A DNA stretch of 64,000 nucleotides from an uncultured delta proteobacterium (GTDB lineage: Bacteria; Myxococcota_A; Polyangia; Polyangiales; Polyangiaceae). The notes below the pieces were generated by a model that was given only the letters and a program-made list of their open reading frames with translations, did not search any database and had not been told where the DNA came from. Numbering within the stretch: position 1 is the first letter of the stretch; each line of letters opens with the position of its first letter. The DNA is taken from positions 352,001-416,000 of the forward strand of contig CAWKKR010000007.1 in the NCBI GenBank assembly GCA_963850305.1. The letters run 5' to 3'. A program made the position numbers and the translations under genes. Below are positions 60,411 to 64,000 of this stretch, piece by piece.

Positions 60411-61208
60411 ATGACGACCAAAAGACTCGACGGGAAGCGTGCGATCGTGACGGGCGCCGCGAGCGGCATCGGCCGTGCGAGCGCGATCTTGTTCGCCGAT
60501 GAGGGCGCCAAGGTGCTCGCGTGCGACGTCGCGGCAGAAGGACTCGCCACGACAGTGGAGGCGATCCGCTCCGCAGGCGGCACGGCCCGAGCCCGAGTCG
60601 CAACCGTCTCCGACGAGGACGCCGTGAAAGCCCTCGTCGAAGAGAGTGTGCGCGAGCACGGGGGGCTCGAGGTCTTCTACGCCAACGCGGGTATCTCCGG
60701 CGGGCTCGTGCCGATCCTGTCCTTGACGGCAAGCGATTGGCTGGAAGTGTTGAAGGTGAACTTGATCGGCCCGTTTCTCGGCATCAAATACGCGGGGGCC
60801 CACATGAGCGCGCATGGCGGCGGTTCGATCGTCTGCACCGCCTCCGTTGCCGGGCTACGGTCCGGCGCGGGCGGCGCTCAATATAGCGCCAGCAAGGCCG
60901 GCGTGATCAGCCTGGTGCAGACAGCAGCCTGTCAGTTCGCGGGCATGAACGTCCGCGTGAACGCGATCTGTCCCGGGCTCATCGAGACGGGAATGACGCA
61001 GCCGCTATTCGATTACGCGCGCGCGGCCGGCAAAGAAGGCAAGATCGGGCAGCTGAATCCTCTTCGCCGCGCCGGGCGGCCCGAGGAGATCGCGCGCGTC
61101 GCGCTATTTCTCGCGAGCGACGAATCCGGCTACGTCAACGGCCAGGCATGGGCCGTCGACGGCGGGCTCTCGGCAAGCTTGCCGGTCGTGCTCGGTCGCA
61201 TGATGTGA
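60411..61208 (+). CDS. Short-chain dehydrogenase/reductase
   Basis: [25 protein letters not shown]. Confidence 0.95.
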   Translation: MTTKRLDGKRAIVTGAASGIGRASAILFADEGAKVLACDVAAEGLATTVEAIRSAGGTARARVATVSDEDAVKALVEESVREHGGLEVFYANAGISGGLVPILSLTASDWLEVLKVNLIGPFLGIKYAGAHMSAHGGGSIVCTASVAGLRSGAGGAQYSASKAGVISLVQTAACQFAGMNVRVNAICPGLIETGMTQPLFDYARAAGKEGKIGQLNPLRRAGRPEEIARVALFLASDESGYVNGQAWAVDGGLSASLPVVLGRMM

Positions 61209-62257
61209 CGAGCCTCGTCTCGAGCCGTAAGTCCGTCGCGTCGTGCGTCGTGCTGCTACTCGTGCTCGCGCGTTTGCCGCTCGCGGGCGCCGCCGTCGAG
61301 CCCACCTCGCCCCCTGTGGTCGATCTTCACGTCGATCTTTCTTATCGCGTGAATTACGGGCACGGCACCTTCGCAAACGGTTCGGGGCAGTTCGTCGCGG
61401 CCGAGCTCGCACGGGCGAACGTCGCTGGTGTCGTGCTTCCGCTGTTCATTCCCAAGGACGTCTCTCCGGAGGGGCCTCGCGCGAGCGATCTCGAAGCGTC
61501 GTACGTGCGGCTGATGTCATTGATCCCCGCGACGCCGCCCTACGCGAAGCCCGGCTGCGCCCCGGCACCTGGGAGGGTGCGGACGTGGTTGTCCTTCGAG
61601 GGCGCGGCGCCGCTCGCGAACGAGCCGGACGCGGTCGCCCAGTGGGTATCGCGCGGCGCGCGTCTGTTCGGGCTGGTGCACACGTCGGACAACGCGCTCG
61701 CGACATCGTCCGGGGACGCGAGTCCGGCGACGACCGGGCTCACGGACGCCGGGCGAGAATTCGTGCGGCGGGTCTATCGCGCGGGGGGCGTCGTGGACGT
61801 CTCCCACGCGTCCGACGCCGCCACCGACGAGATGATCGCCATGGCGCTCGCGGAAAGCGTTCCCATCGTCGCGACGCATTCGGACGCGCGAGCCATCACA
61901 CCGCATCCACGAAACCTCACCGACGACGAGATCCGCGGCATTGCTGGCTCGGGTGGCGTCATCGGAATCAATCTCCATTCTCGCTTTCTCGCGGGCAAGC
62001 GCGGCGCGAAGCTCGCCGACGTCGTTCGTCAGATCGAATACATGGTCCGCGTGGCCGGCGTCGAGCACGTGGCCATCGGCTCCGACTTCGAGGGCGACAT
62101 CCGTCCGCCTCGCCAACTGGAGAGCGTGCGCGGGTATCCCAGGCTCGCCGCCGCGCTTCGTCGGGCTGGGATGTCGGTCGGGGACGTCGCGCGGATATTC
62201 GGCGCGAACGCGCTCCGGATATTGTGTCCGCGGGATTCGGCAACGGTGAAAAAATAG
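61205..62257 (+). CDS. Membrane dipeptidase (peptidase M19), secreted
   Basis: DLHVD, SFEGA, GLT..G, DVSH, THS…HPRNL.D, IGSDF.G. Confidence 0.9.
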   Translation: MTSLVSSRKSVASCVVLLLVLARLPLAGAAVEPTSPPVVDLHVDLSYRVNYGHGTFANGSGQFVAAELARANVAGVVLPLFIPKDVSPEGPRASDLEASYVRLMSLIPATPPYAKPGCAPAPGRVRTWLSFEGAAPLANEPDAVAQWVSRGARLFGLVHTSDNALATSSGDASPATTGLTDAGREFVRRVYRAGGVVDVSHASDAATDEMIAMALAESVPIVATHSDARAITPHPRNLTDDEIRGIAGSGGVIGINLHSRFLAGKRGAKLADVVRQIEYMVRVAGVEHVAIGSDFEGDIRPPRQLESVRGYPRLAAALRRAGMSVGDVARIFGANALRILCPRDSATVKK

Positions 62258-62365
62258 CGTGTGAGCGCGCGCGCGTCCCAAAATCATGATGATCCGGGCT
62301 CGCCTGGGCAAGGGACGTTCGGTTCCGGGAGACGGCTCGGCGAGACACGAGTACCGTCTCGCCCC

Positions 62366-62897
62366 ATGTCCAACGTCGATGGTCGCTGCCTGGACGTCTT
62401 TCCGGAGTGGCTACGCTCGCTGTCGGAGGACGCGCTTGCCTTCTCCGCTCTGGTGTCCGACACCTCGCTGTCGGAAGGCGTTCGCCGCCACGTCACGGCG
62501 GCGCTGAACTACCTTTTCAAGTCGCTCGATTCTGATCCCGGACGGCATCGAAGACCTTGGATTCCTGGATGACGCGTTCGTTTTTCGCGTCGCGGCGTCG
62601 CTGGCGTCCAGAGACGACGCCGCGCCAGCACTCGCGTCGCTGGTCGAGGAAGCGAAGCTCGTGAAAGAGTTTCTCGGCGAGGACTACGCGCGCCTGGAGC
62701 GCTTCGTCGCAGGGCTCGATCAGAGTGCGTCCCGCGGTCGCTCCGTGAGCGACATCATGAGCGATGCGGCCGCACGTTCCGCGTTCGTGAATGACGTCAA
62801 GGGTTGGGCGGGCAGCTACGTCGTGCCGTCGTTCGGGCGAGACGCGAAGAACCTGGTAAAGCTGCGCTCGTTCCTGTCGACCAAACTGCCGGCGTGA
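62366..62897 (+). CDS. DUF1232 (YkvA)-like protein, with a +1 frameshift near 62531
   Basis: ALNYLFKSLD continues in the next frame as LIPDGIEDLGFLDDAFV and runs to KLRSFLSTKLPA*. Confidence 0.8.
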
Positions 62898-63006
62898 GCG
62901 GGCCGACGGACACCGTCACTCAAACGGACTCTCGCAAAGCAGTGACTCGACGGGAGCCCGTGCGAGTTCGCCGACCAGGGGCCTCGTCGCCGACGTCAGG
63001 TTTCGG

Positions 63007-63573
63007 TTATCTGGCGGCGACAGCCGCAGCGACCGCGGTGTCGAGGCTGGAAGCCCCCGTGGTCGAGTAGCCCTCTTGCTTCGCGAGCACACGGCCGTGA
63101 CGTCCGATGAGCACGCTGTACGGGGCGCTCGTCTTCGGGTTGTACAGCGAGACGGCCTGCGTCTCCTGATCGAGCAAGATCGGGAAGTGGACGCCGAGCT
63201 TCTGGACCTCCGAGCGCACCTGGGCGATCGAGTCGGGCCCATCGATGGAGACGCCGAGGACGACGAAGCCCCTGTCCTTGTATTTCTCGTACAGCGCATC
63301 CAGGTGCGGCATGGAAGCTAGACATGGGTCGCAATACGTCGCCCAGAAGTCGATGAGCACGACGTCCTTGCCGATGTGATCGCCGAGACGGACGGTCCCC
63401 CCGGACAGCGTCTCCAGCTCGAAATCGGGCGGTGTTTCTGTCACCCCCGACGGTGAAGCCACAGCGCCACCGGAGGCAGCCGCCCCTCCGCACGCCGAAA
63501 CGCCCAATAGAGCGGCGGTCCCCACGGCTCTCGCGAGGTTCGACGCGCCCCTCGTCTTTCGTGTCGTTCGCAT
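63007..63573 (-). CDS. TlpA-like thioredoxin-fold disulfide reductase lipoprotein
   Basis: Lipobox VSAC; PDF.L.TL.G, DFWATYCDPC, GVSID, FPILLD. Confidence 0.9.
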   Translation of the reverse strand: MRTTRKTRGASNLARAVGTAALLGVSACGGAAASGGAVASPSGVTETPPDFELETLSGGTVRLGDHIGKDVVLIDFWATYCDPCLASMPHLDALYEKYKDRGFVVLGVSIDGPDSIAQVRSEVQKLGVHFPILLDQETQAVSLYNPKTSAPYSVLIGRHGRVLAKQEGYSTTGASSLDTAVAAAVAAR

Positions 63574-63597
63574 GGCCTTGCCTTTCGGTTCAGTCGC

Positions 63598-64000
63598 TCA
63601 GAATCGCACCGTGGCGTCGAGTCGCGCGCCCTCGAAGGGAGCATAAACGCGGCAGACGCCCGAGACGCACAGGAGCCCTCCGCGACGCTGCCCCGCGAAG
63701 AACGAGAGGCTCGAAGACGAGCTCAGATTGTAGTGGACCAGGCCGTTGAAGTAGGTCGGCGGAAACTGGGGGTCCCCCGTATAATCGAAGCCCGTCCCGA
63801 CCGTGAGCTTGCCGTCATACTCGACGGCAAGAAGCTCCTGGATCTCCATCCAGGGAGTCGCGAGCCCCTCCTGGGTGAAGTAGCGCCGTCTCGCGTAGCC
63901 CTGAAGCTTCGCCGTGAAAGGCCCGCCCAGCCACTGGACCAGATCATGCCGCACGTACTCCTCTCGATAGAAGATGTGGGTCTGCGCGCCGCTCGCATCC
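63598..64000 (-). CDS. C-terminus of a probable outer-membrane beta-barrel protein (DUF6029-like); 5' part outside the window
   Basis: Aromatic beta-strand pattern ending GQRRGGLLCVSGVCR…F.GA…RF; sits upstream of the TlpA gene. Confidence 0.6.
   Translation of the reverse strand, partial: DASGAQTHIFYREEYVRHDLVQWLGGPFTAKLQGYARRRYFTQEGLATPWMEIQELLAVEYDGKLTVGTGFDYTGDPQFPPTYFNGLVHYNLSSSSSLSFFAGQRRGGLLCVSGVCRVYAPFEGARLDATVRF

Overview
High-GC bacterial chromosomal window. It most likely comes from a Myxococcota (Polyangiaceae-like) genome; this is inferred from the Ser/Thr kinase + PEGA-type module, the Asp-Ala-Gly-rich lipoproteins and the gene mix. It is mostly housekeeping and metabolic: glnS, trpF/trpB/trpA, glnE, hemB, DUF444-spoVR, a MarR-BKACE-crotonase-carboxyltransferase operon, a ~1,700 aa single-chain acyl-CoA carboxylase with GT4 and polysaccharide deacetylase, coaBC, mpg, feoAB with a Fur-like box, tRNA-Leu(TAA), fumC, MATE and thiD. 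No CRISPR array, rRNA or prophage is visible. The most notable items are: (1) a stand-alone LanM-type dehydratase domain (DUF4135-like) with intact catalytic motifs but no cyclase or visible precursor; (2) a mosaic intergenic region holding a decayed homolog fragment of the neighbouring YkgJ gene, split by a MITE/REP-like insert that has a partial second copy 10 kb away; (3) a 21-bp phased repeat upstream of trpB; (4) an orphan triuret-hydrolase-like gene plus permease; (5) a His-less histidine kinase; (6) many probable leaderless genes; (7) a cluster of +1 frameshifts in trpB that looks like a consensus artefact. All calls come from reading motifs by eye; no database searches were run.
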